This document shows, piece after piece, positions 16,145 through 25,483 of a stretch of DNA of 64,000 nt. The stretch is from the NCBI GenBank assembly GCA_016713785.1, contig JADJOM010000002.1, forward strand, positions 382,381 to 446,380. The letters are read 5' to 3'. How positions within the stretch are numbered: position 1 is the first letter of the stretch; each line of letters opens with the position of its first letter. Origin of the DNA: Gemmatimonadota bacterium. Lineage in GTDB: Bacteria; Gemmatimonadota; Gemmatimonadetes; Gemmatimonadales; GWC2-71-9. The notes under the pieces were generated by a model, which worked only from the letters and a program-made list of their open reading frames with translations, did not search any database and was not told where the DNA came from. Made by a program: the position numbers and the translations under genes.

Positions 16145-17899
16145 TTGCACCCGCGGACGCCGATGCTCGACGCCGTCGCCCATCCCACGCTCCGCCCCGC
16201 CCCCCAGCGGGCCGCCGCCGCCGTGCCGGCGTGGATCTGGGCCAGCGGCGCGTTCCTGGTGCTGGCCAGCGTGGTGCTGGCATTGCCACGATGGGTGGAG
16301 CCCCCGGAGACCGGGCTGCTGGTGCTGTTTGAGGTGCGGCTGCTGATCGAGGGGGCGGCGTACCTCTGGGCGGCGGGGCGGCGGGAGCTGCCGCGCGCGC
16401 TGCGCGGCGTGCTGCGGCTGACGGGCGGCATCTCGGTCGTCTCGCTGCTCACCAACCTCCCGCTCTTCTGGGTCTCGGGGCGGGCGCCGGAGTGGCTCGG
16501 GCTCGCCCTCGACGGCTGGATGTTCCTTTCCTACATGCTCTCGGCGCTGGCGCTGCTGCTGTGGCCCCGGGTGGTGGCGCGGCGCTGGGACGCGCTCACG
16601 CTGCTGCTCGACCTGGTGATCACCGCCGGCGCGATGGGCGCGCTGGTGCTGATCGAGGTGACCTTTCCGCTGGCGGACGCCACGCCGGATGTCGCGGAGA
16701 CGCGGTGGTCGCTGATCTACGGGCTGGCGCAGGTGGCCTCGCTGGCGGGGCTGTCGGTGATGGTGGTGCGGGGCCGGCCGATGCCGTCCCGGCGGGCGTT
16801 CTGGTGGTTCGTGGGGGCGCAGGCGGCGTACCTCCCGGCGCTGCTGCTCTCCCAGCTGGGGATGGCGGAGGTGATCACCAAGGTGGCGGGGCGGGTGCTC
16901 TATGTGCTCGGGGTGCTGCCCGCGCTGGTGGCGGCGGTGCATATCCGGCGGGACCCGGTGGACCTCGAACCCGCCACCGCGGGGCCGCTGTGGCTCCGGG
17001 ACCTGAGCCCGCTGCCACTGGTGACGCCGGTGCTGGTGGTGGTGGCGCTGCTCCACGCCATGACGGAGGGGCCCCCGAGCCGGGTGCAGCCGCTGGTGGC
17101 GATGCTGATCGTCACCACCCTGCTGCTGGTGATCCGGGTGCTGCTCTCGGCGGGGGAGAGCGCGGCGCGGCTGCGGGAGGAGGCGGAACGGGAGCGGCGG
17201 CTGCAGCGGGAGAAGCTGGCGACGGTGGGGCGGCTGGCCGGCGGGCTGGCGCACGAGTTCAACAACATGATGACGGTGGTGGCGGGGCACGCCGAGTTCG
17301 CCGAGCGAGCGGTGCCGGCGGGGCACGCGGCCCACGAGGACCTGGCGATCATCCGGGAGCAGTCGGAGCGCGCGGCGCGGCTGACCCGCCAGCTGCTCTC
17401 GTTCAGCGGGCAGCAGGTGTTCCGGCTGGAACCGGTGCCCATCGGGCGGCTGCTGGCGGAGCTGCGGCCGCTGCTGGAGCCGGCGGTGGCGCTCGCGCCG
17501 GCGCCGGGGGTGGAGTTCCTGGCGGTGCGGGCCGACCTGCCGCTGCTCACGGCCGCGCTGCAGCAGCTGGCCCGCAACGCGGTGGAGGCGGGCGGCGCCG
17601 CGCCGCCGGTGCTGCAGCTGACGGCGGTCGCGTTCGCCACGCGGCTGGAGAGTCCCTACCTGCCGGTGCCGGCCGGGCGCTACCTGGCGCTGGCGCTGCG
17701 CGACACCGGCAGTGGCATCGCGGTGGAGGACCTGCCGCGACTGTTCGACCCGTTCTTCACCCGCAGGCCGGTGCACAGCGCGGGCGGGCTCGGGCTGGCG
17801 GAGGTGTACGGGGTGGCGGTGGGGCACCACGGGGGGATCACCGTGGCCAGCGCGGTGGGGCGGGGCACCACCATGACGCTGTACCTGCCGCTCGCCTAG
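16145..17899 (+). CDS. Membrane sensor histidine kinase, paralog of the preceding gene
   Basis: Same architecture: H-box LAHEFNNMMTVVAGHAEF and GLGLAEVYGVAVGHHGG. Confidence 0.85.
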   Translation: MHPRTPMLDAVAHPTLRPAPQRAAAAVPAWIWASGAFLVLASVVLALPRWVEPPETGLLVLFEVRLLIEGAAYLWAAGRRELPRALRGVLRLTGGISVVSLLTNLPLFWVSGRAPEWLGLALDGWMFLSYMLSALALLLWPRVVARRWDALTLLLDLVITAGAMGALVLIEVTFPLADATPDVAETRWSLIYGLAQVASLAGLSVMVVRGRPMPSRRAFWWFVGAQAAYLPALLLSQLGMAEVITKVAGRVLYVLGVLPALVAAVHIRRDPVDLEPATAGPLWLRDLSPLPLVTPVLVVVALLHAMTEGPPSRVQPLVAMLIVTTLLLVIRVLLSAGESAARLREEAERERRLQREKLATVGRLAGGLAHEFNNMMTVVAGHAEFAERAVPAGHAAHEDLAIIREQSERAARLTRQLLSFSGQQVFRLEPVPIGRLLAELRPLLEPAVALAPAPGVEFLAVRADLPLLTAALQQLARNAVEAGGAAPPVLQLTAVAFATRLESPYLPVPAGRYLALALRDTGSGIAVEDLPRLFDPFFTRRPVHSAGGLGLAEVYGVAVGHHGGITVASAVGRGTTMTLYLPLA

Positions 17900-18492
17900 C
17901 GTTCGGCGCGCACGCCCATCAGCACCACCGGGATCTTCCACGCCTCCTGGGCAAAGAAGAACAGCTCCGCGCTCGGCCGCTGGCTGATCGGGCTGGTGCG
18001 GGTGGGGCAGGCAAAGGCGGTGAGGCCGGCGCGGCTGGCCTCGATGCGGAGCCGGAGCATGTGGAAGGGGTCGCTCACCAGCAGGACCCGCGGGGTGTCG
18101 CGTTCCAGGGCCCAGTCCGCCACCGAGCGGACCGAGGACTGGGTAGAGCGGCCCTCGGGGCGCACCACGACGGCCGCCTCCGGCACGCCGTGCCCCACCA
18201 GGTACTGCTGCCCCACCGTCGCCTCGCTCACCCGGTCCCCCTCCCCGATCCCGCCGGTCACCACCACCGTCGGTGCGAGTCCCTCGCGGTAGAGCGTGAG
18301 GGCGTGATCGAGCCGGGCCCGCAGCACGGGGGAGGGCTTGCCGTTGTACTGGGCGGCGCCGAGGACCACGATGGCGTCCGCCAGGCGGCGCTGGTCCTCG
18401 CGGCTGACGAGGTAGACGGCGAGGAGCGAGACGAGGTAGAGGAGCGCCGGCGTGAGGACGGCGGCGAGCAGCAGGCGGCGGGAACGAGGCAC
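17896..18492 (-). CDS. YdcF/ElyC-like DUF218 family protein
   Basis: N-terminal TM segment, then AIVVLGAAQYNGKPSPVLRARLDHALTLY...VVTGGIG...LLVSDPFHMLR, typical of DUF218. Confidence 0.8.
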   Translation of the reverse strand: MPRSRRLLLAAVLTPALLYLVSLLAVYLVSREDQRRLADAIVVLGAAQYNGKPSPVLRARLDHALTLYREGLAPTVVVTGGIGEGDRVSEATVGQQYLVGHGVPEAAVVVRPEGRSTQSSVRSVADWALERDTPRVLLVSDPFHMLRLRIEASRAGLTAFACPTRTSPISQRPSAELFFFAQEAWKIPVVLMGVRAER

Positions 18493-18512
18493 GGGCGGAA
18501 GTTAAGCGGGGG

Positions 18513-18558
18513 GGCGGTAAAGGCGGTACGGCGGTAAGGCGGTAGGGCGGTACCGCCC
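18513..18558 (+). repeat. Octamer/nonamer tandem repeat (GGCGGTAAA, GGCGGTAC, GGCGGTAA, GGCGGTAG, GGCGGTAC) ending in a palindrome
   Basis: Units counted from the sequence. GGGCGGTACCGCCC (18545-18558) is a perfect palindrome. It lies directly 3' of the beta-CASP gene stop (18566). Confidence 0.85.
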
Positions 18559-18565
18559 GTCCCGC

Positions 18566-19963
18566 CTATCCGAGGTCGAAGCTCTCGCCCTGCGCCGGCA
18601 CGTCCACCTGGCGCACCCCCTCCTCCTTGAGCAGCTGCGCCATGGCGAGGGTGGCCTCGCGCTCGCCGTGGACCACGAAGGCGCGCTTGATGGGGCCGCC
18701 GAGCTTGCGGAGCCAGCCGCGCAGCTCGTTGCGGTCGGCGTGGGCGGAGTAGCCGCCGATGGTCTCCACGCCCGCGCGCACCGGCAGCTCCTCGCCGAAG
18801 ATCTTCACCACCCGGGCGCCGTCCTGGATGCGGCGGCCGAGGGTGTGCTCGCCCTGGAAGCCGACGAAGAGGACCAGGGTCTTGTGGTCGCCGACGTGGT
18901 TGGCGAGGTGGTGCAGGATGCGGCCCGACTCGGCCATGCCGCTCGCCGCGATGATGATCGCGGGGCCGGGCATGCCGTTGAGCTTCCGGGAGTCGCTGAC
19001 GTCGCGCACGTACTGCACCAGCGGGAAGTCGAACAGCGCGGTGGTGCGCTCGATCAGGTGCTCGTCGCGGTCGAAGAGGTCGGGGTGCAGCCGGAAGACG
19101 GCGGTGGCGTCGACCGCGAGCGGGCTGTCCACGAAGATCGGAATGCCGGGGATCTTCCCGCTGCGGAAGAGCTGGTGCAGGCTGTACACCAGCTCCTGGG
19201 TGCGGCCCACGGCAAAGGAGGGGATCAGGATCTTCCCGCCGCGGCCCGCCACCTGGCGCACGATGTCGCCCAGGCGCGTCTCGGCGTCGGTGACGGTCTC
19301 GTGGGTGCGGTTGGCGTAGGTGGACTCGATGATCAGCGTGTCGACGGGGCCGGCCGGCGGGTCGGGGTCGCGGATGATGGGGAGCCCGGGCCGGCCGATG
19401 TCGCCGGAGAAGACCAGCCGGTGGGTGGCGCCCTCGGTGATGCGGAGGTCCACCGAGGCGGAGCCGAGGATGTGACCGGCGTCGGTGAACTCGAAGGCGA
19501 TGTGCTTGCGCAGGTGCTGCACCCGGCGGTAGGGCAGGCCCAGCATGAGGTCCTGCACCGCCACCGCGTCGGCCAGGGTGTAGAGCGGCTCGCTCTCCGG
19601 CCCGATCTTCTTCCGGCGTGCCAGGAACTCGGCGTCCTTCTCCTGGATGTGCGCCGCGTCGGGGAGCATGACGGCGGAGAGGTCGCGGGTGGCGGCGGTG
19701 GCGTAGATGGGGCCGTGGAAGCCGCGCCGCACCAGCAGCGGCAACCGTCCCGCGTGGTCGATGTGGGCGTGGGAGAGGATCACGCCGTCGAGGGTGCGGG
19801 GGTCGATCGGGAGGTTGGCGTTGAGCGCGTGCGCCTCCGAGCGCCGCCCCTGGAACAGCCCGGCGTCGAGCAGGAAGCGCGCGCCGGCGGCCTCGAGGAG
19901 GTGCATCGAGCCGGTGACCTGGCCGGCGGCGCCGTGGAATGTCAGGCGGATGGGCATGGGCAT
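18566..19963 (-). CDS. MBL-fold metallo-hydrolase, beta-CASP RNA-metabolising family
   Basis: 465 aa from ATG 19961-19963 (MPMPIRLTFHGAAGQVTGS). HAHIDHAG (HxHxDH) motif and beta-CASP-like middle region. Confidence 0.85.
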   Translation of the reverse strand: MPMPIRLTFHGAAGQVTGSMHLLEAAGARFLLDAGLFQGRRSEAHALNANLPIDPRTLDGVILSHAHIDHAGRLPLLVRRGFHGPIYATAATRDLSAVMLPDAAHIQEKDAEFLARRKKIGPESEPLYTLADAVAVQDLMLGLPYRRVQHLRKHIAFEFTDAGHILGSASVDLRITEGATHRLVFSGDIGRPGLPIIRDPDPPAGPVDTLIIESTYANRTHETVTDAETRLGDIVRQVAGRGGKILIPSFAVGRTQELVYSLHQLFRSGKIPGIPIFVDSPLAVDATAVFRLHPDLFDRDEHLIERTTALFDFPLVQYVRDVSDSRKLNGMPGPAIIIAASGMAESGRILHHLANHVGDHKTLVLFVGFQGEHTLGRRIQDGARVVKIFGEELPVRAGVETIGGYSAHADRNELRGWLRKLGGPIKRAFVVHGEREATLAMAQLLKEEGVRQVDVPAQGESFDLG

Positions 19964-20010
19964 CGGCTCGTTGGGTCGGCGGTTCGACGGTTCGACGGAC
20001 GGGTGGGCGG

Positions 20011-20934
20011 CTAGCGCGCCGCGGCCTGGACCCACTCCGGGACCTCGGGCTCCCCGCGGAAGGTACTCCCGGGGAGGCCGCGGGTGATGGCCCAGCGGTG
20101 CAGCCAGCTCATGCCCGCGGGGCCGGTGTAGCGGTCGTCCGAACGATACACCGGGTCGGCCAGCGCCTGCGCCAGCGGGATGGCGGTGTAGCCGCGCCCG
20201 GCGAGCAGCCCCGCGATCCGGGGGAAGGTGGCGGCGTTCAGGGCATTGGCGTGCAGCAGCAGCACCTGCGGGATCTCCCGCCCCGTGATGGCCACCGACT
20301 GCCGCTCCCAGAAGACCACCACCCGCTCCAGGTAGGCCAGGTACTCCGCGGTGATGCGGTCGGCGGCGGCGCGGTCGCCGCGGTCCCGCGCCAGGTCGTA
20401 GGCGCGGGCAAAGAGGTAGTCGCCGTTGTCCATCGTCACCGGCGCCACCTCGTAGCCGTGCGCCTCGAGGAAGGCGAGCAGGGCGTCGCGCACCGCGAGG
20501 GAGCGGCCGGTGTGCAGGTAGGGGTGACGGAAGTAGCGGGGCGTGGCGCCGCGCGCGGCGAGCAGCGGCCGCAGGATCGCCTCCCCGGCGAGGAGGTCGG
20601 CCTCGACGTCGGCGAGGGGGACCTGGTGCAGGTCGGGGTGGGTGGCGGTGTGGTTGCCCAGCTCGAGGCCGGCGTCGAGCCACCGGGTGAGCAGCGCCAC
20701 GCGGCGGGGATCCACCGCGCGGTCGTCGCCGCGCAGCTTGCCCTCGTTCACGAAGCCGATCGCGGGGACTCGCGCGGCGGTGAGCGCCGCGACCAGCGCG
20801 ACGGTGAGCGACTCCTGCGCCGCCACGGGGGTGGCGGCGCGGCTGAGCGGGAGGTCGTCGAAGGTGATCGCGATGCGGCGGCCGGTGTCCCCCTGGGTCA
20901 TGAGCGCGGCCGCCAGGAGCGTGGCGGCGAGCAT
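20011..20934 (-). CDS. Polysaccharide deacetylase (NodB homology) family protein
   Basis: Start at M53 of the track ORF ([12 protein letters not shown] signal). ITFDDLP and LGNHTATHPDL motifs. Confidence 0.8.
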   Translation of the reverse strand: MLAATLLAAALMTQGDTGRRIAITFDDLPLSRAATPVAAQESLTVALVAALTAARVPAIGFVNEGKLRGDDRAVDPRRVALLTRWLDAGLELGNHTATHPDLHQVPLADVEADLLAGEAILRPLLAARGATPRYFRHPYLHTGRSLAVRDALLAFLEAHGYEVAPVTMDNGDYLFARAYDLARDRGDRAAADRITAEYLAYLERVVVFWERQSVAITGREIPQVLLLHANALNAATFPRIAGLLAGRGYTAIPLAQALADPVYRSDDRYTGPAGMSWLHRWAITRGLPGSTFRGEPEVPEWVQAAAR

Positions 20935-21611
20935 CAGCGGGTGCCGAAGAGCCGGTCGCCGGCGTCGCCCAGCCCGGGGACGATGTAGCCCTGGGCGTTG
21001 AGGCCGCGATCGAGCGCCGCGGCGAAGATCCGCACGTCGGGGTGGCCGTCGAGCATCCGGCGCACGCCCTCCGGGGCGGCCACGATGCACAGCAGGCGGA
21101 TGCGGCGGGCGCCGGCCGTCTTGAGGGTGGTCACCGCCGCGGTGGCGGAGCCGCCGGTGGCGAGCATCGGGTCGAGGATGAAGAACTCGCGCTCGTGCGC
21201 CATGCCGGCCAGCGCCGCGGGGCCCTCGCGCTCATCGCCCGGGATCTTGGCGTAGTAGTGATGCGGCTCGAGGCTCTGCTCGTCGCGCGCCACGCCGATG
21301 TGCCCCACCCGCGCGGTGGGGAGCAGCTGCGAGACGCCGTCGACCATGCCGAGCCCGGCGCGGAGGATCGGCACCAGGGTGAGCTTCTTGTCGGAGACCA
21401 TCCGCCCGGTCATGTGCTCGAGCGGCGTGTCGATCTCGTGGGTCTCGGTGGGGAGGTCCTTGGTGGCCTCGTAGGCCATGAGCATCGCGATCTCGCTCAC
21501 CAGCTGCTTGAAGTCGCGGGTGCTGGTGGCCCGGTCGCGCAGCAGGGTCAGCTTGTGCTGGATGAGCGGGTGCTCGAGGACCGTGAGGTTCGGGTGGCTG
21601 GGGTGGGGCAT
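20934..21611 (-). CDS. upp: Uracil phosphoribosyltransferase
   Basis: [19 protein letters not shown]-terminus, [10 protein letters not shown], and [14 protein letters not shown]-binding loop. Confidence 0.95.
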   Translation of the reverse strand: MPHPSHPNLTVLEHPLIQHKLTLLRDRATSTRDFKQLVSEIAMLMAYEATKDLPTETHEIDTPLEHMTGRMVSDKKLTLVPILRAGLGMVDGVSQLLPTARVGHIGVARDEQSLEPHHYYAKIPGDEREGPAALAGMAHEREFFILDPMLATGGSATAAVTTLKTAGARRIRLLCIVAAPEGVRRMLDGHPDVRIFAAALDRGLNAQGYIVPGLGDAGDRLFGTR

Positions 21612-21640
21612 GCCTCAAGATGGGGCGGGGGGCAGAAAAC

Positions 21641-21675
21641 GGGAAGCGGGAAACGGGAAATGGGAAGCGGGAAAC
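21641..21675 (+). repeat. Heptamer tandem repeat, 5 units (GGGAAGC GGGAAAC GGGAAAT GGGAAGC GGGAAAC)
   Basis: Exact 7-nt phasing. It lies between the lipoprotein gene stop (21723) and the upp start (21611). Confidence 0.9.
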
Positions 21676-21722
21676 GTCGGGGGAGAAGCTGCGGCCCGGC
21701 CCCTGGCTTGTGACGGCCCAGG

Positions 21723-22058
21723 TCAGGGGATGTCGAAGATCACCGGCCGGCAGACGTACTCGCCGCTGGGGCAGACGGAGGCCACGATGCGGCCGGCGGT
21801 GGGGCCCGTGACCAGGGCCTCGGGGGGCTCGGTGAAGTAGGCGGAATCGGTGGTGAGGGACGGGGAGTCGAAGAGCACCACGCTGCTGTCCGCGCGCTGG
21901 AGTGCGGGCCGCTGCTGGGCATTGATGCGGGCCCCGGCCGCCGGGACCAGCCGGAGCCGGGTGCCCTCCGGCACCGGCGCCCGTTCCACGGCCAGGTAGG
22001 GATTGGGCGTGGGGGCACAGCCGGCCAGGAGGGCCGCGAGGAGGAGGGGGCGGAGCAT
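21723..22058 (-). CDS. Hypothetical lipoprotein
   Basis: 111 aa with MLRPLLLAALLAGC lipobox and GC3-rich codons. Confidence 0.6.
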   Translation of the reverse strand: MLRPLLLAALLAGCAPTPNPYLAVERAPVPEGTRLRLVPAAGARINAQQRPALQRADSSVVLFDSPSLTTDSAYFTEPPEALVTGPTAGRIVASVCPSGEYVCRPVIFDIP

Positions 22059-22149
22059 GGCGGGGAGGATAGCCCGCCGGGGCGCCGGCCGGGAGGCGTG
22101 ACCCCGTAAGGGTTTGCGGGGGCGGGGTTTCCGGTTCCGGACGGGCCCC

Positions 22150-22178
22150 TTTCACCGCCCCCCTCCGATCCTTATATT
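22150..22178 (+). promoter_or_regulatory. Candidate sigma-70-type promoter for tRNA-Phe
   Basis: TTCACC (22151-22156), 16-nt spacer, TATATT (22173-22178), then a GC-rich discriminator CCCGCCC. The mature tRNA 5' end is at 22191. Confidence 0.35.
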
Positions 22179-22190
22179 CCCGCCCCTCGC

Positions 22191-22263
<73 letters not shown>

Positions 22264-22303
22264 TGGCCACACCAACGCCGCCCCGACCGGGGCGGCGTTC
22301 GGC

Positions 22304-24127
22304 TTACTTGCCCACCGCTTCCTTCTTCGTCGCATCCCGCAGCGCCATGGCCAGCAGCACGTCGAGCGGGCCGCCGGAGCCGCCGCCACCCGCCACCGCG
22401 ATGTCCGGCACCAGCTTGAGCTGGCTGGTGGCCAGGTTCCGGAAGATGTCCATCGCCGCGTAGTACTGCGGATCGACCGACTCCACCTTCCGCTTGAGCA
22501 CCTCCGCCTCGGCGGCGCCGACGGCCTTGATCCGCCCCGCCTCCGCGGTGCCGGTCACGGTGGTCACCTCGGCGTCGGCGGCGGCGTTGGTGGTCTTGGC
22601 CTCGGCCTCGCCCTTGGCCTTCTTCACCGCCGACTGGGCGTGGAACTCGGCGATCTGCACGCTCCGCTCCGCGTCCACCACCTGCGCCTGGGTGTTGGCC
22701 AGCGCGCGCGACTGCTCCAGCGCCTGGCGGGTGGCCTCGGCCTCGCGCTGGGTCTCGTAGGTGATCCGCTCCTGCTCCGCCAGCTTCCGGTCGGTCAGGG
22801 TCTTCATCAGGCTCTCGGGCGGCGTGATGTCGCCGATGAGCGTGTCGACCGCCTGCACGTCGTACTGCTCCAGCGCGTGCTGGATGTGCTCCCGCGCCTC
22901 GCCCTGGCGCTGGGTGCGCTCCTTGAGGAACGAGATCGCGTCCGACTTCTGCGCCGCGTTGCGGAAGTAGTTGCCGATGGTCGGCTCGAGCACCTGGGTG
23001 ACCAGGTTGTCCATGCTGCCGAACCGCGCGATCACCTTGGGCGCCGAGGAGCGCGGGATGTGGATGATCTGCGAGACGTCGAGGTTGAAGGTGAAGCCGT
23101 CGGAGGAGCGCACCGTGATGGTGGAGAGCTTGGCGTCGAGCTTGTGCGCCTCGGTCTTCCCGGTGGCCCAGTTGAGCACCACGTTGGTGGTGGGGACCGC
23201 GACGACGTGGTTGGTCTTGGGGTTGATCGGGTACATGCCCGGGTCGAGCGGCTCGACCCACACGCCGCGCTGGCCCGGCTTGACCAGGTTGCCGTGCTTG
23301 AAGCCCTCGCCGGTGACGTCGGCGCCGGGCTCGCCCACGAAGGCGATGACCACGCCGGCGTGCCCGATGGTGACCTCGGTCATGTTGGCCAGCTCGACCG
23401 TGGCGAAGTTGGGGTTCAGGTAGTAGCTGCCCGGCATCATCACCTGCGCCTGCAGGCCCTTGGTACCGCCGCTGGTGACGAACGCCTCGCCGTCCTGGAA
23501 GGTGTTGTGGCCCGGCACCTCGCGGCCGGCGATCTCGCCGGTCTTGAGCGGGGAGCCATCCTGCGTGGTGACCATGCCCAGCTTGCCCTCGGGAATCTCG
23601 AGCACCGGCACCAGCTTCACCGAGAAGAGGGCGGTGTTCACCCGGTAGGTGCCGGGCGGGATGATGGCGATCTGGGGCCCGCGCTGGCCGCCCTTGAGCA
23701 GGAAGCCGCGGGCGTTCTGGAAGGCGTCGCAGTCCACCTCGCGGCCGAAGACCCGCTTGGTGAGGGGGGCGCCGTCCTTGGCGTCGACCACGCCGAGCTT
23801 GCCCTCGGGGATGTCGATGAAGGGGACGACGCTGATCTCGTACTGCCAGGGCCAGTAGCCCCAGTGCAGGCCCGGCGCGAGGGTGTCGGCCTGGAAGCCG
23901 GCCTCGCCGTGCAGCGCGATGATCTTGCCGTCGGGGAGGGTGCGGCTGCTGCCGAGGAGGACCCAGCGCTTGCGGACCACGCCGATGGCGGTGCCGGGGA
24001 TGATCACGGCGCCGAAGAGCCGCAGCACCACCTTGTAGAAGACCACCACCACCGCGAGCAGCACCAGCCACCACGCACTCGAGAGCACGCCCGCCACCGC
24101 TTCGACGACGTCCATGGGAGACTCCAC
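22304..24127 (-). CDS. SPFH/band-7 domain protein, flotillin-like
   Basis: 607 aa. N-terminal TM anchor, SPFH-like body, and a long Ala/Glu/Gln-rich coiled C-terminus (EAEATRQALEQSRALANTQAQVVDAERSVQIAEF) typical of flotillins. Confidence 0.85.
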   Translation of the reverse strand: MESPMDVVEAVAGVLSSAWWLVLLAVVVVFYKVVLRLFGAVIIPGTAIGVVRKRWVLLGSSRTLPDGKIIALHGEAGFQADTLAPGLHWGYWPWQYEISVVPFIDIPEGKLGVVDAKDGAPLTKRVFGREVDCDAFQNARGFLLKGGQRGPQIAIIPPGTYRVNTALFSVKLVPVLEIPEGKLGMVTTQDGSPLKTGEIAGREVPGHNTFQDGEAFVTSGGTKGLQAQVMMPGSYYLNPNFATVELANMTEVTIGHAGVVIAFVGEPGADVTGEGFKHGNLVKPGQRGVWVEPLDPGMYPINPKTNHVVAVPTTNVVLNWATGKTEAHKLDAKLSTITVRSSDGFTFNLDVSQIIHIPRSSAPKVIARFGSMDNLVTQVLEPTIGNYFRNAAQKSDAISFLKERTQRQGEAREHIQHALEQYDVQAVDTLIGDITPPESLMKTLTDRKLAEQERITYETQREAEATRQALEQSRALANTQAQVVDAERSVQIAEFHAQSAVKKAKGEAEAKTTNAAADAEVTTVTGTAEAGRIKAVGAAEAEVLKRKVESVDPQYYAAMDIFRNLATSQLKLVPDIAVAGGGGSGGPLDVLLAMALRDATKKEAVGK

Positions 24128-24272
24128 GACGGATGAGGAAGACCGCGTACCCGCCCGCGACCGGGGGGAAACATAGCAGCCCCGGTGCCCCCCTTCCCCC
24201 CCGCCGCACCGCGGGCGAGATTCCCGCGCCGCCAGACCGGCCCGACGTCCACTTCAGCGCCCGACGCACCCC

Positions 24273-24683
24273 ATGACCGCCTCCGCGCCCTCGCCGATCC
24301 TGCTCGAAACCCCGTCCATCGTGGTGCGCCGCGACCCGCTCAAGGGCCGTGGGGTGTACGCCGCCCGCGCCATCGAGGAGGGGGAGATCCTGGACCTCGC
24401 CCCGGTCTCGATCATCACCGCGGCGGAGGCGGAGCTGCTGGAGGGGACCCCGCTGGCGCACCACTACTTCCACTGGGATGGCGACGAGGACGACGAGGCG
24501 GGGTGGCGGGGGGCGATCGCGTACGGAGTGGTGAGCCTGGTGAACCACGCCGAGGACGCCAACGCCGGCGTGTGGCAGGAGTACGAGCGGGAGCTGGTGG
24601 TGCTCGAGGCGCTGCGGCCCATCGCGGCCGGCGAGGAGATCACCATCCACTACGACGTCGAGCTCTGGTTCGACGCGGTCTAG
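24273..24683 (+). CDS. SET domain-containing protein (putative protein-lysine methyltransferase)
   Basis: 136 aa. RGVYAARAIEEGEIL, NHAEDAN (NHSxxPN-like) and GEEITIHY motifs in the order expected for a minimal SET fold. Confidence 0.75.
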   Translation: MTASAPSPILLETPSIVVRRDPLKGRGVYAARAIEEGEILDLAPVSIITAAEAELLEGTPLAHHYFHWDGDEDDEAGWRGAIAYGVVSLVNHAEDANAGVWQEYERELVVLEALRPIAAGEEITIHYDVELWFDAV

Positions 24684-25399
24684 CGTTCCTCCGCCAGGAC
24701 CTGCCGGGCCACCTGCTGCAGCTGGCGCGCCGCCGCGGCCCCGATCTCCGGGTGGCCCGGCACCGCGGCCGGGAGCATCGCGGGATCGGCGCCGGTGAGC
24801 ACCGCCACCAGCACCACCGCGGCCAGGTAGGTGCCCGCCACCGAGGGGTGGAAGCCATCGCCTGAGGCCACCGAGGGGGTGGGCGCGGCGGTGAGCGCCA
24901 GCCGCCATGCGGCGCCCGCCGGCGCAAACCGCCCCGCCACCGCGCGCGCCGCGTCGCGGTAGTTGACCCGCGCATCGTCCGTCGCCGCCACCCGGTCCAC
25001 CCCCGGCCACACCATGTAGAGCACCGGCTCCGCCCCGGCCCGCCGGATGAGCGGGGCCCACTGCCGGGTCCACTCGATCAGGTGCACGCGGCTGTCGGGC
25101 TGGGTCGAGGGGCCCTGCTGCAGCACCACGAAATCCCACCGCGCCCCGTCCAGCCGTGCCCGCGCCGTGCCCTCCCCCATCAGGTCCTCGAGCGAGGCGT
25201 TGGGCAGCGCCACCATGCCGGTGACGGGACGGGGCACGCCCGCCTGCTCCGTGACGGCGGCGACCATCGCGGGGAGGTCGTTGACGTAGGTGAACGAGTT
25301 CCCCAGGAACAGGATGCGGGTCGGCTCGGCGGGCGCGCCATCGGCGGGGGCCTGGCAGCCGAGCAGGGTGAGGCAGAGCGAGAGCAGCGCGAGGGGCAT
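24680..25399 (-). CDS. SGNH/GDSL-like hydrolase lipoprotein
   Basis: Lipobox LTLLGC, block I ILFLGNSFTY, block V DGFHPS. Confidence 0.75.
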   Translation of the reverse strand: MPLALLSLCLTLLGCQAPADGAPAEPTRILFLGNSFTYVNDLPAMVAAVTEQAGVPRPVTGMVALPNASLEDLMGEGTARARLDGARWDFVVLQQGPSTQPDSRVHLIEWTRQWAPLIRRAGAEPVLYMVWPGVDRVAATDDARVNYRDAARAVAGRFAPAGAAWRLALTAAPTPSVASGDGFHPSVAGTYLAAVVLVAVLTGADPAMLPAAVPGHPEIGAAAARQLQQVARQVLAEER

Positions 25400-25483
25400 G
25401 CGGCAAGGTACGCCGCCGCCCCCGGGGGGTGCTGTTCGAGTCCGGTAAGCCGCGTTCCCGGTGGCGGAGGCATGGCGGGCCGG

